Source: a phage
Sequence record: NC_101837.1
Reading direction: 5' to 3' (one strand)
Length of the DNA: 64,000 nucleotides
The translations under genes were made by a program, and so were the position numbers. Below are positions 56,929-64,000 of this stretch, piece by piece (positions within the stretch are counted from its first letter, which is position 1; each line of letters opens with the position of its first letter). The notes under the pieces are model-generated. The model worked only from the letters and a program-made list of their open reading frames with translations, made no database searches and had not been told where the DNA came from.

Positions 56929-58476
56929 TTAGATAAAACGCTTGAACATAGAAGGTGATGAGATTGATGGAATCACACAAGGAAGTGCTACCTCCTCTTT
57001 CTCCAGGAAATTAATCGCAGAAGCTACGCAGTCGGCCCAGTCGTCTTTTCTGTTAAATGTTGATCTTTCCCCGTTGAATTTTTCAAGTTCAGTCAGAAAT
57101 GCTTCCAGAGTATCAGGATGGAAACTGGATTTTACAATCCTCACCATTCCTTGTTGGGCAAGATTGGCAAAAGGTGAGAACCTTGTCAGTTTAGACTTGT
57201 TGGAAGGCATTGGGTCTTCTTCAACCCTGAACCCTTCGGCAAGCAAGGATCTGGAGGAGGTTAAGAACTCACTCTTACCTGCCTGCCCTGGGTCCACAGA
57301 GAAGACGATTATGCAATCATCACCATCGAACTGCGCCTGTTTCCTGATGATCACATCTCGTTCACCAGCCTTTTTACAGAACTTGCCTTCCAGACCTGTG
57401 GAATATCTCCCGTCATCCACGTTCTCAGGACAATAATCGCCGGACAGGTAATAAAAGCCGTCGCTATCTTTACTTACCTTAATACTGGCAGTAAAGTCAG
57501 GAAATTTATTACCGGAAGTTCTCTCGGTTCCTGCCTTATCCCATGCCCTGCAAGATACTGATCCAAGAGGTACTCTATCGGCATCACGAAGGAAAGATCT
57601 TTGAAAATAGTTTGCACCCTCAGGCTTTGCAAACCAGTTACCATGGAGAAGCTGAGCTTTTTCCAGCTCTGGTAGACCTTCGAGGAAAGCAAGGTATTCT
57701 GGGTTGTCTCTCAAACAGACAGGATTATCGAATATTGTTGCGCCTATGAACGAGAATGACAACGGTCTTGGCTTGATCTCTACACCAAGTCCGTTAACCG
57801 TGGTGTATTTCTCTATCAACTCTTCTTTAGAATCTCCCCAGATAAATTCACCGTCGCGTCGGATAAAATATCTTTTCTTACCGCATTTCTCCGGATCTGG
57901 ATACCCTTCATCGTCCAACCACCATCTAACCAGTTTGGCAAGCATGTGTTCTGAATCGGGGTTACAGCTGATAACCATTCTTGATGGATACTTTGACTGA
58001 GATCGCAGACGAGACATCAGGTAGTCTATCTGCTCCCATTCGAACTGCGTGCCCTCATCGAAGCAAACCATGGTGTACTCAAGCCCCTGATGGTTAAGCT
58101 TATCTTGTACATACTCCATATGGCAGTATTTTACAACAGCTCCCTTTTTGCTTCTATCCCACTTACCAGTGTTCGGATCAAACCGTGGAAAAATGAACTT
58201 ATGATCCTTCTCTCTGAACTTTGGCTTAATGTTTTCAGGCAGATCACTATAAATAGCTACTGCTTTAGGCCATAGTCCACCCTCACCTTCCAACTGTGGG
58301 GTTGTTCTTCGGAACATAACCACAGAGCTGTGGGGGTCATCAATAATTTTAAGTGGCATCAACTGCAAGAGGAACGACTTGCCAGACCCTGCTGCACCGC
58401 CGATTACCAAGATATCTGCATCGTTTTCGAGGATCATCTTCTGCTTTTCAGAACACGGTCCGTAAATCTTAGACAT
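56929..58476 (-). CDS. terminase large subunit
   Basis: 515 aa; Walker A VIGGAAGSGKS near N-terminus; acidic nuclease-like C-terminal half; AAGGAGAGAGG before ATG. Confidence 0.7.
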   Translation of the reverse strand: MSKIYGPCSEKQKMILENDADILVIGGAAGSGKSFLLQLMPLKIIDDPHSSVVMFRRTTPQLEGEGGLWPKAVAIYSDLPENIKPKFREKDHKFIFPRFDPNTGKWDRSKKGAVVKYCHMEYVQDKLNHQGLEYTMVCFDEGTQFEWEQIDYLMSRLRSQSKYPSRMVISCNPDSEHMLAKLVRWWLDDEGYPDPEKCGKKRYFIRRDGEFIWGDSKEELIEKYTTVNGLGVEIKPRPLSFSFIGATIFDNPVCLRDNPEYLAFLEGLPELEKAQLLHGNWFAKPEGANYFQRSFLRDADRVPLGSVSCRAWDKAGTERTSGNKFPDFTASIKVSKDSDGFYYLSGDYCPENVDDGRYSTGLEGKFCKKAGERDVIIRKQAQFDGDDCIIVFSVDPGQAGKSEFLTSSRSLLAEGFRVEEDPMPSNKSKLTRFSPFANLAQQGMVRIVKSSFHPDTLEAFLTELEKFNGERSTFNRKDDWADCVASAINFLEKEEVALPCVIPSISSPSMFKRFI

Positions 58477-58763
58477 TAACCTCTCTCCTTTGGAAACAGT
58501 GTTCTAATATAGTCTTGCAAAATGATCAATTTAGCTCTATCATTGCTACAAGACAGATTATTATCCCTCATAATGCCAGAATTCACTGCATCTGGCGCAC
58601 CTTTCTTCAAAGGCATAGCTTTAGCAGGTGGTTTCATGGCACCTTCCGGGGGTTTAACAATCAACCTTCCTACATCCGGAGGGTCAATCTTGTATTCTCT
58701 CTCAACGCTGGTTGCACACCCACATAATAACAAGCACGCAATAAACAGTGTGGCAACTCTCAT
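58476..58763 (-). CDS. o-spanin (Rz1-like outer-membrane lipoprotein)
   Basis: 95 aa; lipoprotein signal with LLLCGC lipobox, Pro-rich body; overlaps i-spanin 3-prime end. Confidence 0.5.
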   Translation of the reverse strand: MRVATLFIACLLLCGCATSVEREYKIDPPDVGRLIVKPPEGAMKPPAKAMPLKKGAPDAVNSGIMRDNNLSCSNDRAKLIILQDYIRTLFPKERG

Positions 58764-59158
58764 CGATCCTCCTGATTGATACTCTCATTATAAATATCTA
58801 TAAGCTGATCAGGAAGTGTTGACTTCTTACCTTCAGGTGATTGGAGGTAGATAATCTGCTTTTCTCTACCTGCCCTCTCAGCTATATTTAATTTATCCTG
58901 TAGATCAGAAAGGGATTTTTCAAGGTTTTTAACCTCCTCTGCGTGGCCCATTTTAATTTTGTCGGCCTGCTTTTGTTGCTGATCAAGGATCCGTTCCCAC
59001 TTCAACTCTGTTGCTAACACACCTTCTTGGTAGGCTTCATTAAGCTTAGAGTTAAACCAATACACGGCCCCAAGATAAGCTGTACCTATAGCCGCTGCAA
59101 AAACTAAACCTTTTATGATCCCTCTATACCTACTCAGCCATGTTAAACCTGAAATCAT
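58760..59158 (-). CDS. i-spanin (Rz-like)
   Basis: 132 aa; N-terminal transmembrane segment then coiled-coil region. Confidence 0.5.
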   Translation of the reverse strand: MISGLTWLSRYRGIIKGLVFAAAIGTAYLGAVYWFNSKLNEAYQEGVLATELKWERILDQQQKQADKIKMGHAEEVKNLEKSLSDLQDKLNIAERAGREKQIIYLQSPEGKKSTLPDQLIDIYNESINQEDR

Positions 59159-59263
59159 TTTAAGGCTCCAGAAACGAAAAAACCCCGCAGCTATACAGCT
59201 AACGGGGCGGGTTAAAATTGAGTAACCTAAATAGATTGAAACTAACTAAAAGGAGACTAATAC

Positions 59264-59533
59264 TTATCGAGGCACTCGGTGGATGATTCTAACAGTAACT
59301 GCGTTTTCATTCATCAAGTATGCATCTACATCTCTGTAAATATAAAACTTCTGCTCACTATCAACAACACAAGCTACCGCCCCTTCAGAGTTGTCTTCAA
59401 AAAAGACCACCACTGCATCGCAGCTGAGTTCATGATATGACTCTCGAAGATTTACAGCCAGAGGATTGAAATCGTCACGAAAATCTACGGTATGGGTTGG
59501 ATTTACACGCTCTACAATTTTAAGTGTATACAT
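59264..59533 (-). CDS. hypothetical protein
   Basis: 89-aa ORF followed by hairpin/U-tract at ~59170-59210. Confidence 0.35.
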   Translation of the reverse strand: MYTLKIVERVNPTHTVDFRDDFNPLAVNLRESYHELSCDAVVVFFEDNSEGAVACVVDSEQKFYIYRDVDAYLMNENAVTVRIIHRVPR

Positions 59534-59579
59534 TTTAAAGGTTCCTTTTGTCTATATATGTTTAAAGTATAACTGAAAG

Positions 59580-59656
59580 TGGTCTCCACGGAGTGATTCG
59601 AACACTCGACCTCCTGATCCCAAATCAGGCGCTCTACCAAGCTGAGCTACGCGGAG
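59580..59656 (-). tRNA. tRNA-Pro (anticodon UGG), CCA encoded
   Basis: by-eye cloverleaf: acceptor CUCCGCG/CGUGGAG (C1-G72), D-stem GCUC/GAGC, anticodon loop UUUGGGA, T-arm GAGUG-UUCGAAU-CACUC. Confidence 0.75.
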
Positions 59657-59667
59657 TATTTACTATT

Positions 59668-59742
59668 TGGTGGCCCTGGGTGGAATTGAACCACCGTCTG
59701 GCGATTATGAGTCGCTTGCTTGAACCTTCCAGCTACAGGGCC
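59668..59742 (-). tRNA. tRNA-Met or Ile2 (anticodon CAU), CCA encoded
   Basis: acceptor GGCCCUG/CAGGGCC, anticodon loop CUCAUAA, T-arm GGUGG-UUCAAUU-CCACC; D-stem has one mismatch. Confidence 0.65.
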
Positions 59743-59743
59743 T

Positions 59744-59819
59744 TGGTGCTGATGGCAGGACTTGAACCTACAACCTATTGATTACAAATCAATTGCACTA
59801 CCGATTGTGCTACATCAGC
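59744..59819 (-). tRNA. tRNA-Thr (anticodon UGU), CCA encoded
   Basis: acceptor GCUGAUG/CAUCAGC, D-stem GCAC/GUGC, anticodon stem AUUGA/UCAAU, loop UUUGUAA, T-loop UUCAAGU. Confidence 0.8.
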
Positions 59820-59824
59820 AAAAA

Positions 59825-59923
59825 GGTGCTAGGCGATGGAATCGAACCACCTATGTATTCAACGACTACCTCGTCTATTTTCAGGATTAAAAATCCTCGC
59901 CCTTGCCAAAGGGCTTACCTAGC
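59825..59923 (-). tRNA. atypical tRNA-like gene (possible anticodon UUU; ~30-nt extra arm)
   Basis: canonical T-arm GGUGG-UUCGAUU-CCAUC and 7-bp acceptor GCUAGGU/GCCUAGC, D-arm GCCC-UUUGGCAA-GGGC, anticodon region AGGAUUUUUAAUCCU, but ~97 nt long. Confidence 0.4.
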
Positions 59924-60021
59924 TCAGTATGTTGACCATGTTGCTAGTCGGCGATGACGACTGTAACATTTGATAATCCGGTTCTGCTTCCGGCTTTCGC
60001 TTAATTACAAGGTCAACAATG

Positions 60022-60112
60022 TGGCGGAGAGTAATGGAATCGAACCATCATCGAGTCATCCTCAACGGGACGGTTTTCAAGACCGCTTGAGCACCATTGC
60101 TCCCTACCCTCC
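60022..60112 (-). tRNA. tRNA-Ser (anticodon UGA), type II, CCA encoded
   Basis: acceptor GGAGGGU/ACUCUCC, anticodon arm GCGGU-CUUGAAA-ACCGU, extra arm UUGAG-GAUGA-CUCGA, T-loop UUCGAUU; D-arm spacing non-canonical in my parse. Confidence 0.55.
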
Positions 60113-60226
60113 TTTATAAATTATACTGATAATGACACTGATTTTCGAGCAGTTAGTGACTAGTATAAACGACGATAAATATCAATGCCATTATCTGTAT
60201 TATTTATGCATCTAAAAATATAAATT

Positions 60227-60313
60227 TGGTGGGGAGTGGTGGAGTCGAACCACCCGAGTCGCAATGACAATAGATTTACAGTCTACACCGCTACCTCTAC
60301 GGGATAACTCCCC
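60227..60313 (-). tRNA. tRNA-Tyr (anticodon GUA), type II, CCA encoded
   Basis: acceptor GGGGAGU/ACUCCCC, anticodon arm GUAGA-CUGUAAA-UCUAU, T-arm GGUGG-UUCGACU-CCACC; D-arm spacing non-canonical. Confidence 0.6.
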
Positions 60314-60317
60314 AATT

Positions 60318-60392
60318 TGGCACCCCGTACTGGACTCGAACCAGTGTCAACGGCTTAGAAGGCCGCTGCTTTATCCACTAAGCTAACAGGGC
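60318..60392 (-). tRNA. tRNA-Arg (anticodon UCU), CCA encoded
   Basis: acceptor GCCCUGU/ACGGGGU, D-arm GCUU-AGUGGAUA-AAGC, anticodon arm GCGGC-CUUCUAA-GCCGU, T-arm ACUGG-UUCGAGU-CCAGU. Confidence 0.7.
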
Positions 60393-60492
60393 ACTGGGTG
60401 GCTTTCTTTTACACCTTAGCCGCCAGAAAAGGTGGGAGACCATGTTTACAATATTACACTGTTAAGCAAAGTTTGTCAAGAAAATATTTTAG

Positions 60493-60828
60493 CTATTTGC
60501 TAACAGGCTGTATTTCTGTAGTAAATGGCATAAAAGGTGCTGGTTTTTCAGCCTCTTCCACTACCACCTCTTCCTCTTCACCAAACATCTCATCATATTC
60601 TTCCTGCATTCGGTCTGCCTTATCAAGAACATACTCTGCAATGCTTTGACGAATATTTTGTTTGGTTTTCGGGTCCAACATCAGCTCTCTTAAAACTTTG
60701 TGAGCTTCTGGAACCATCGCTATAAAAGATTCCTTCATATCAAGGATGTTCTTCTCTAGCTGAATGGCGTTGGACTCCTCTTTCAGAGGTCTGCCTCTAC
60801 GGCGACGCTTTTTAGTTGTATCCGCCAT
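60493..60828 (-). CDS. AT-hook-containing DNA-binding protein
   Basis: ORF track 60493..60948; ATG 60826-60828 (MADTTKKRRRRGRPLK...) preceded by GGAGGAAAC and by a consensus promoter; upstream open frame starts at TTG inside that promoter. Confidence 0.45.
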   Translation of the reverse strand: MADTTKKRRRRGRPLKEESNAIQLEKNILDMKESFIAMVPEAHKVLRELMLDPKTKQNIRQSIAEYVLDKADRMQEEYDEMFGEEEEVVVEEAEKPAPFMPFTTEIQPVSK

Positions 60829-60856
60829 GTTTCCTCCATTATCACGTGATAGGTGG

Positions 60857-60885
60857 ATTTTATCATAGCAAATACTGATTGTCAA
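60857..60885 (-). promoter_or_regulatory. sigma70-like promoter (TTGACA-17-TAAAAT)
   Basis: -35 at 60880-60885 and -10 at 60857-62 read on minus strand, 17-bp spacer, ~25 nt upstream of ATG 60828. Confidence 0.5.
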
Positions 60886-61174
60886 GTTCGCCGCAGGGTG
60901 GTATTCCCTGCGACTTGTCCAGCGTCCTGGACCAGCAAGACCCAACAAGTGGGTTACCAGAGGCCTATTACCCGCGCTTCGGCTCGACCTTGTTACAGGT
61001 TGGCTGGGGTCACATCGTCATGTGCTGGCTGCCCCTACCATTTTAAGTGTGGTGCACTATCAAGCCCTCTAAGGGGAACTCAGCCTTCTCCGAACCCTGT
61101 TTCAAAGCATCCAGAGATAAAGCCATCAAATTCATCTTTAAATTGGATATTCATCATGATACACGAAAACAACC

Positions 61175-61417
61175 TCATTGTAAAGCACAAATAAATAAAA
61201 CATACTTAATTTGTTTGTTATCAGGCTCAGGGTAGAAGTAGAAGATCTTGCTATCACCGATCTGAACACCACCATCCCAACAACATAGCCCATAACCTGT
61301 ATTCATACAAGCTAAGTCGTTGGCAAAATCTATTGCATCATCCAGTGCACGAAATTCACCTTCATCTTCTAAATAATCCTCATTCATGGAACGAAAAACG
61401 AGCTTAACCTTAAACAT
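61175..61417 (-). CDS. hypothetical protein
   Basis: 80-aa ORF. Confidence 0.35.
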   Translation of the reverse strand: MFKVKLVFRSMNEDYLEDEGEFRALDDAIDFANDLACMNTGYGLCCWDGGVQIGDSKIFYFYPEPDNKQIKYVLFICALQ

Positions 61418-61493
61418 AGCATTACCTGTAGACCTCGTAAGTTAAAATTGCATCACATCATATTGCAGATCTTATCAGGTAACACTATTTTTG

Positions 61494-61703
61494 TCAACAG
61501 ATTCCGGCCTTATCCTTCCTGTCTGCGTATTCTTTAATCGCAACCTCATCTGCATTAGTGACCAGGTCTTCAAAGTAACTCTCAAGCTCCTCGTCAATGT
61601 CAGGAGACCAGCCCTTTTTCCTGTCAGTGTGAATCGCAGACTTGTTAAACTTAGTACAGTTCTTTGCTACCGGATTGTTCATTAAGCACCCCTCAGCGTT
61701 CAT
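61494..61703 (-). CDS. hypothetical protein
   Basis: 69-aa ORF overlapping upstream gene by 11 nt. Confidence 0.3.
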   Translation of the reverse strand: MNAEGCLMNNPVAKNCTKFNKSAIHTDRKKGWSPDIDEELESYFEDLVTNADEVAIKEYADRKDKAGIC

Positions 61704-62271
61704 AGTAAATCTTATTTAACATTACCTCATCCTTTGCAGAAAGGATATCTAGATATGCATCACCGAATCTACCTGCAACAACCTCTGCATGATACATCAC
61801 TTCGTTAATATCGTCAAGAGTGATAACTGGATGACCGTATCTCTCTGAGTATTGTCTCAGAGTGCGATGTAGGGAGTCATCATCATAGGCAGACTTTTTA
61901 ATATCGCAAACACGACGAATAGCCTTGATGTCGAAAAACCCTGTACGATACCAACCAAGAAAAAGGTTTCGTGCAGTGTCAACATCTACATCAATACCAT
62001 TAAGAACCTTATCTACAAGATAGCTGTCATCCTTTGGACCAGCTTCCTTAGTGCGAATGTAGTTGCCATCTTTTCCAGGTGACATCTCCTTCTCATCACC
62101 AACCTGCATGCCATCATTTGGCGGTGTTAGCCACTTATCCGGATGCTTACGATCACGAGCGTTAGAATGATTACGCTGGAAACCGGGCTTCCACTTGAAA
62201 GTTTTCTCCATCTGTTCTTCATTCTGATAACGTTTTGCAATCTTTTCACGGTCATCTTTGCGTGAACCCAT
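61693..62271 (-). CDS. hypothetical protein
   Basis: 192-aa ORF; GAGGAGG 5 nt before ATG. Confidence 0.45.
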   Translation of the reverse strand: MGSRKDDREKIAKRYQNEEQMEKTFKWKPGFQRNHSNARDRKHPDKWLTPPNDGMQVGDEKEMSPGKDGNYIRTKEAGPKDDSYLVDKVLNGIDVDVDTARNLFLGWYRTGFFDIKAIRRVCDIKKSAYDDDSLHRTLRQYSERYGHPVITLDDINEVMYHAEVVAGRFGDAYLDILSAKDEVMLNKIYYER

Positions 62272-62640
62272 AGCTGCCTCCTCTTCAAGTTATAGAAAAA
62301 CTCACTGTATCGCTTTGTAACGAGCTTTTCTATCAAACTGGTGCGATTGCATTACCTGGTATAGTTTATATAGCTGTGGAGCGATTTAGGGGCCTTCTTG
62401 TCAGTTTCCACACATAAACTTCATCCAAGCTCGCGCGGGAGACTCTCAACCGACTCCTTACGGCGCTGGCAAGCTTTCGTCGGTGGTCCACATCAGTGCT
62501 CGGCCTTTGGCCTGCGCTATCGCTTCGCTCCCACACATGTTAACAGACCTGCATGTATGAACTTCTGTTATTGTGTGCACCAAGGAGGCCCGGCATCTCG
62601 CCCCTCGTAGGCGAGTGCCAATGAAGGGCCGACACTGCCC

Positions 62641-62775
62641 ATAGTAAGTAATAAATTTAAAACATGGTACTTAGGATCTAGTATATTCTACATAAGTTAA
62701 GTATATGTACTTAGTACCATAAGTACTAGATCTTTTATTTTTTATTATTTAGTTATTTTAGTTATATTCTTTATG
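62641..62775. other. AT-rich region with nested inverted repeats (candidate DNA-unwinding element)
   Basis: inverted repeats TAGTAC-N5-GTACTA (62712-62728), GTACTTAGTAC; long A/T runs 62731-62770. Confidence 0.35.
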
Positions 62776-62856
62776 TGTCCGTATCACGGACAGTTAGTGT
62801 CCGTATTACGGGCAGATGTGTCCGCGTGACGGACAGTAGTGTCCGTATCACGGACA
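62776..62856. repeat. four tandem 17-bp palindromes TGTCCGTnnnACGGACA at 21-22 bp spacing (iteron/operator array)
   Basis: copies at 62776, 62798, 62819, 62840; copies 1 and 4 identical, 2 and 3 one mismatch each; degenerate half-site at 62865-62880. Confidence 0.6.
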
Positions 62857-62931
62857 GTTAATAGTATCCGTTCCATGACGAACATAAAACATACGAATCC
62901 TTATAGTACAGATATTTAAGTTTTTACTGGT

Positions 62932-63282
62932 CTAACCAGTTGTTGACATCCGAATAACTTCTTCTGGTGGCAAAACTTTGGAAAATGTGCATCTTTTACC
63001 TCTCCCTTGTGTGGATGTTTCAACCACTCCTGCACATTCTAAAGTTTTAACGCACGCTGCTGCTTTTGTTTTCTTTATCCCAACATCTGCTGCAATTTTC
63101 CTTGTGCTTGGTGTGAAGCGTGAATTTCCTCCAAGCTTATACCAGTTGTGCAGGTAGCAGTATACGATCTTGTCATACAAGTCAAGAACAACAACCTCTC
63201 CAGTTGTGTCATTCAAAACTTTTGACATAGATAGTATTTCAAGGGGGACTTTAAGATATAGCAGCTTATCCCCATCTTTCAT
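62932..63282 (-). CDS. putative DNA-binding protein (winged-helix/HTH-like)
   Basis: 116 aa; segment STRKIAADVGIKKTKAAACVKTLECAGVVE resembles HTH recognition region; gene directly precedes the palindrome array. Confidence 0.35.
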   Translation of the reverse strand: MKDGDKLLYLKVPLEILSMSKVLNDTTGEVVVLDLYDKIVYCYLHNWYKLGGNSRFTPSTRKIAADVGIKKTKAAACVKTLECAGVVETSTQGRGKRCTFSKVLPPEEVIRMSTTG

Positions 63283-63329
63283 ATCTCCTGATTCTCCTTG
63301 TGTGGCAATTTTCTTTAAAATAGCAGGGA

Positions 63330-63884
63330 TTACTCCCTGCTGTCAATATCAAAACTCATTGCAATACGGTATGCCTCTTCTAATGGTAAGAGTCTTCCCC
63401 ACACATCCCAACCGACATCAAGCTGCCTGCCAAACAACTGTTGTGTGGTTCCGTGAGCATGACCGAACAGTTGGACTGATCCGTGAGGCTTTCTGTTCCA
63501 CTTTGCAAACTGGTAATGGCTCATACAGATCAAATTCTTGTTGTGGCGAAGCTCGTAATAATCTACAACCTCATGACCGAACTCTTTCACAATTCTGACA
63601 GTCGTCCTTGTGTCATGGTTGCCACGAACAAGAATAATATGTCCGTTCAACATATTTAGAATATCTGGAAGTAAGTTGTTGATATTCTTATCATTAGTGC
63701 ACGCAATATCTCCCAAGTGGAACACAGTGTCTGCAGGTGACACAACAGAGTTCCACTCGGCGATGATTCCCGCATTCATACTGTCAAGATTGTGATCATA
63801 CTGAGATCTGTGTTTTTGACATGAATCAAACTCCATGACCCGCTGGTGGAGAAAGTGTGTGTCGCTTGTTACAAAGTATTTCAT
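63330..63884 (-). CDS. metallophosphoesterase (calcineurin-like phosphatase)
   Basis: motifs SDTHF, HLGDIA, VRGNHD, GHAHG; ATG 63884 preceded by GAGGAA; ORF track start 63989 is a TTG in an upstream open frame; stop codon lies in loop of hairpin 63323-63340. Confidence 0.55.
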   Translation of the reverse strand: MKYFVTSDTHFLHQRVMEFDSCQKHRSQYDHNLDSMNAGIIAEWNSVVSPADTVFHLGDIACTNDKNINNLLPDILNMLNGHIILVRGNHDTRTTVRIVKEFGHEVVDYYELRHNKNLICMSHYQFAKWNRKPHGSVQLFGHAHGTTQQLFGRQLDVGWDVWGRLLPLEEAYRIAMSFDIDSRE

Positions 63885-64000
63885 ACATTCCTCATTTAAG
63901 TTTAATGCAGTTTTTAAGCTGGCGTTCCATACGATCCACAACCTTGTCTGGAACATCATGAATGCTTTTATTACCGTGGCGGTTTTCAACCACGATCACG

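Noticed and set aside
58476-58763. 95-aa gene upstream of terminase as small terminase subunit
   Set aside because: Has a lipoprotein signal with lipobox and Pro-rich body and overlaps a TM coiled-coil gene; matches an o-spanin
59580-60392. tRNA cluster as an integration site or prophage boundary
   Set aside because: No integrase or recombinase nearby; tRNAs are complete, co-oriented with phage genes, and include anticodons typical of phage-encoded sets
60829-60948. N-terminal extension of ORF 60493..60948 (TTG start at 60948)
   Set aside because: The consensus -35/-10 promoter lies inside the extension, and a strong RBS plus ATG at 60828 follows
61077-61157. 26-aa minus-strand ORF (MMNIQFKDEF...)
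   Set aside because: No Shine-Dalgarno upstream, very short; recorded only as a possible leader peptide
60853-61194. 113-aa plus-strand ORF
   Set aside because: Lies in a GC-rich non-coding island, runs antisense through the minus-strand promoter, no RBS, low-complexity Ser/Pro/Cys-rich translation typical of GC-driven spurious ORFs
62398-62610. 70-aa plus-strand ORF
   Set aside because: Same reasoning; GC-rich region with stops in all minus frames and no ribosome-binding site on plus
62398-62640. RNase P RNA, tmRNA or 6S RNA identity for GC-rich island B
   Set aside because: None of the conserved motifs of these families recognisable by eye; left as unclassified candidate ncRNA
62776-62856. 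Possible CRISPR array (regularly spaced repeats)
   Set aside because: Only four copies, each itself a palindrome, spaced 21 bp with no unique spacers of CRISPR length and no cas genes; fits an iteron/operator array
62926-62940. Hairpin ACTGG-TCTAA-CCAGT as terminator
   Set aside because: Overlaps the stop codon and coding end of the HTH gene and lacks a U-tract on the transcript

Overview
This window reads as a 64-kb internal segment of a large virulent tailed phage genome (myovirus-like: sheath, tube, P2/Mu-type baseplate genes), with genes running off both ends. All calls are by-eye translation and motif recognition only; no homology search, tRNA scan or folding was run. Layout: (1) 1-12.6 kb, early-type region with divergent sigma70-like promoters at ~5.6 kb. 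The minus strand carries an rIIA-like GHKL ATPase (partial), a secreted SleB-like hydrolase, and a MoxR-like AAA+ ATPase at the end of a run of six unknown small genes. The plus strand carries a VWA/HExxH protein, a HAD-like phosphatase and about a dozen small unknown genes. (2) 12.6-58.5 kb, one continuous minus-strand morphogenesis block: terminase large subunit, portal, scaffold-like, putative capsid, neck proteins, sheath, tube, tail chaperone with a probable -1 frameshift, tape measure, baseplate (V-, W-, J-, I-like) and an unusually large set of fibre/spike genes (1875, 1270, 1199, 865, 690, 581 aa, two ~347-aa paralogues, one lambda Tfa-like assembly protein). (3) 58.5-59.2 kb, overlapping spanin pair. 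(4) 59.58-60.39 kb, seven minus-strand tRNA genes, one atypical. (5) 60.4-64 kb, small minus-strand genes, two GC-rich non-coding islands, and an array of four 21-bp-spaced palindromic repeats beside an AT-rich palindromic region and an HTH protein gene (candidate origin or operator), then a metallophosphoesterase. No integrase, transposase or CRISPR was seen. The most interesting unexplained items are the split MoxR/VWA pair with its unknown co-transcribed genes, the GC-rich non-coding islands, the iteron locus and the atypical tRNA-like gene.
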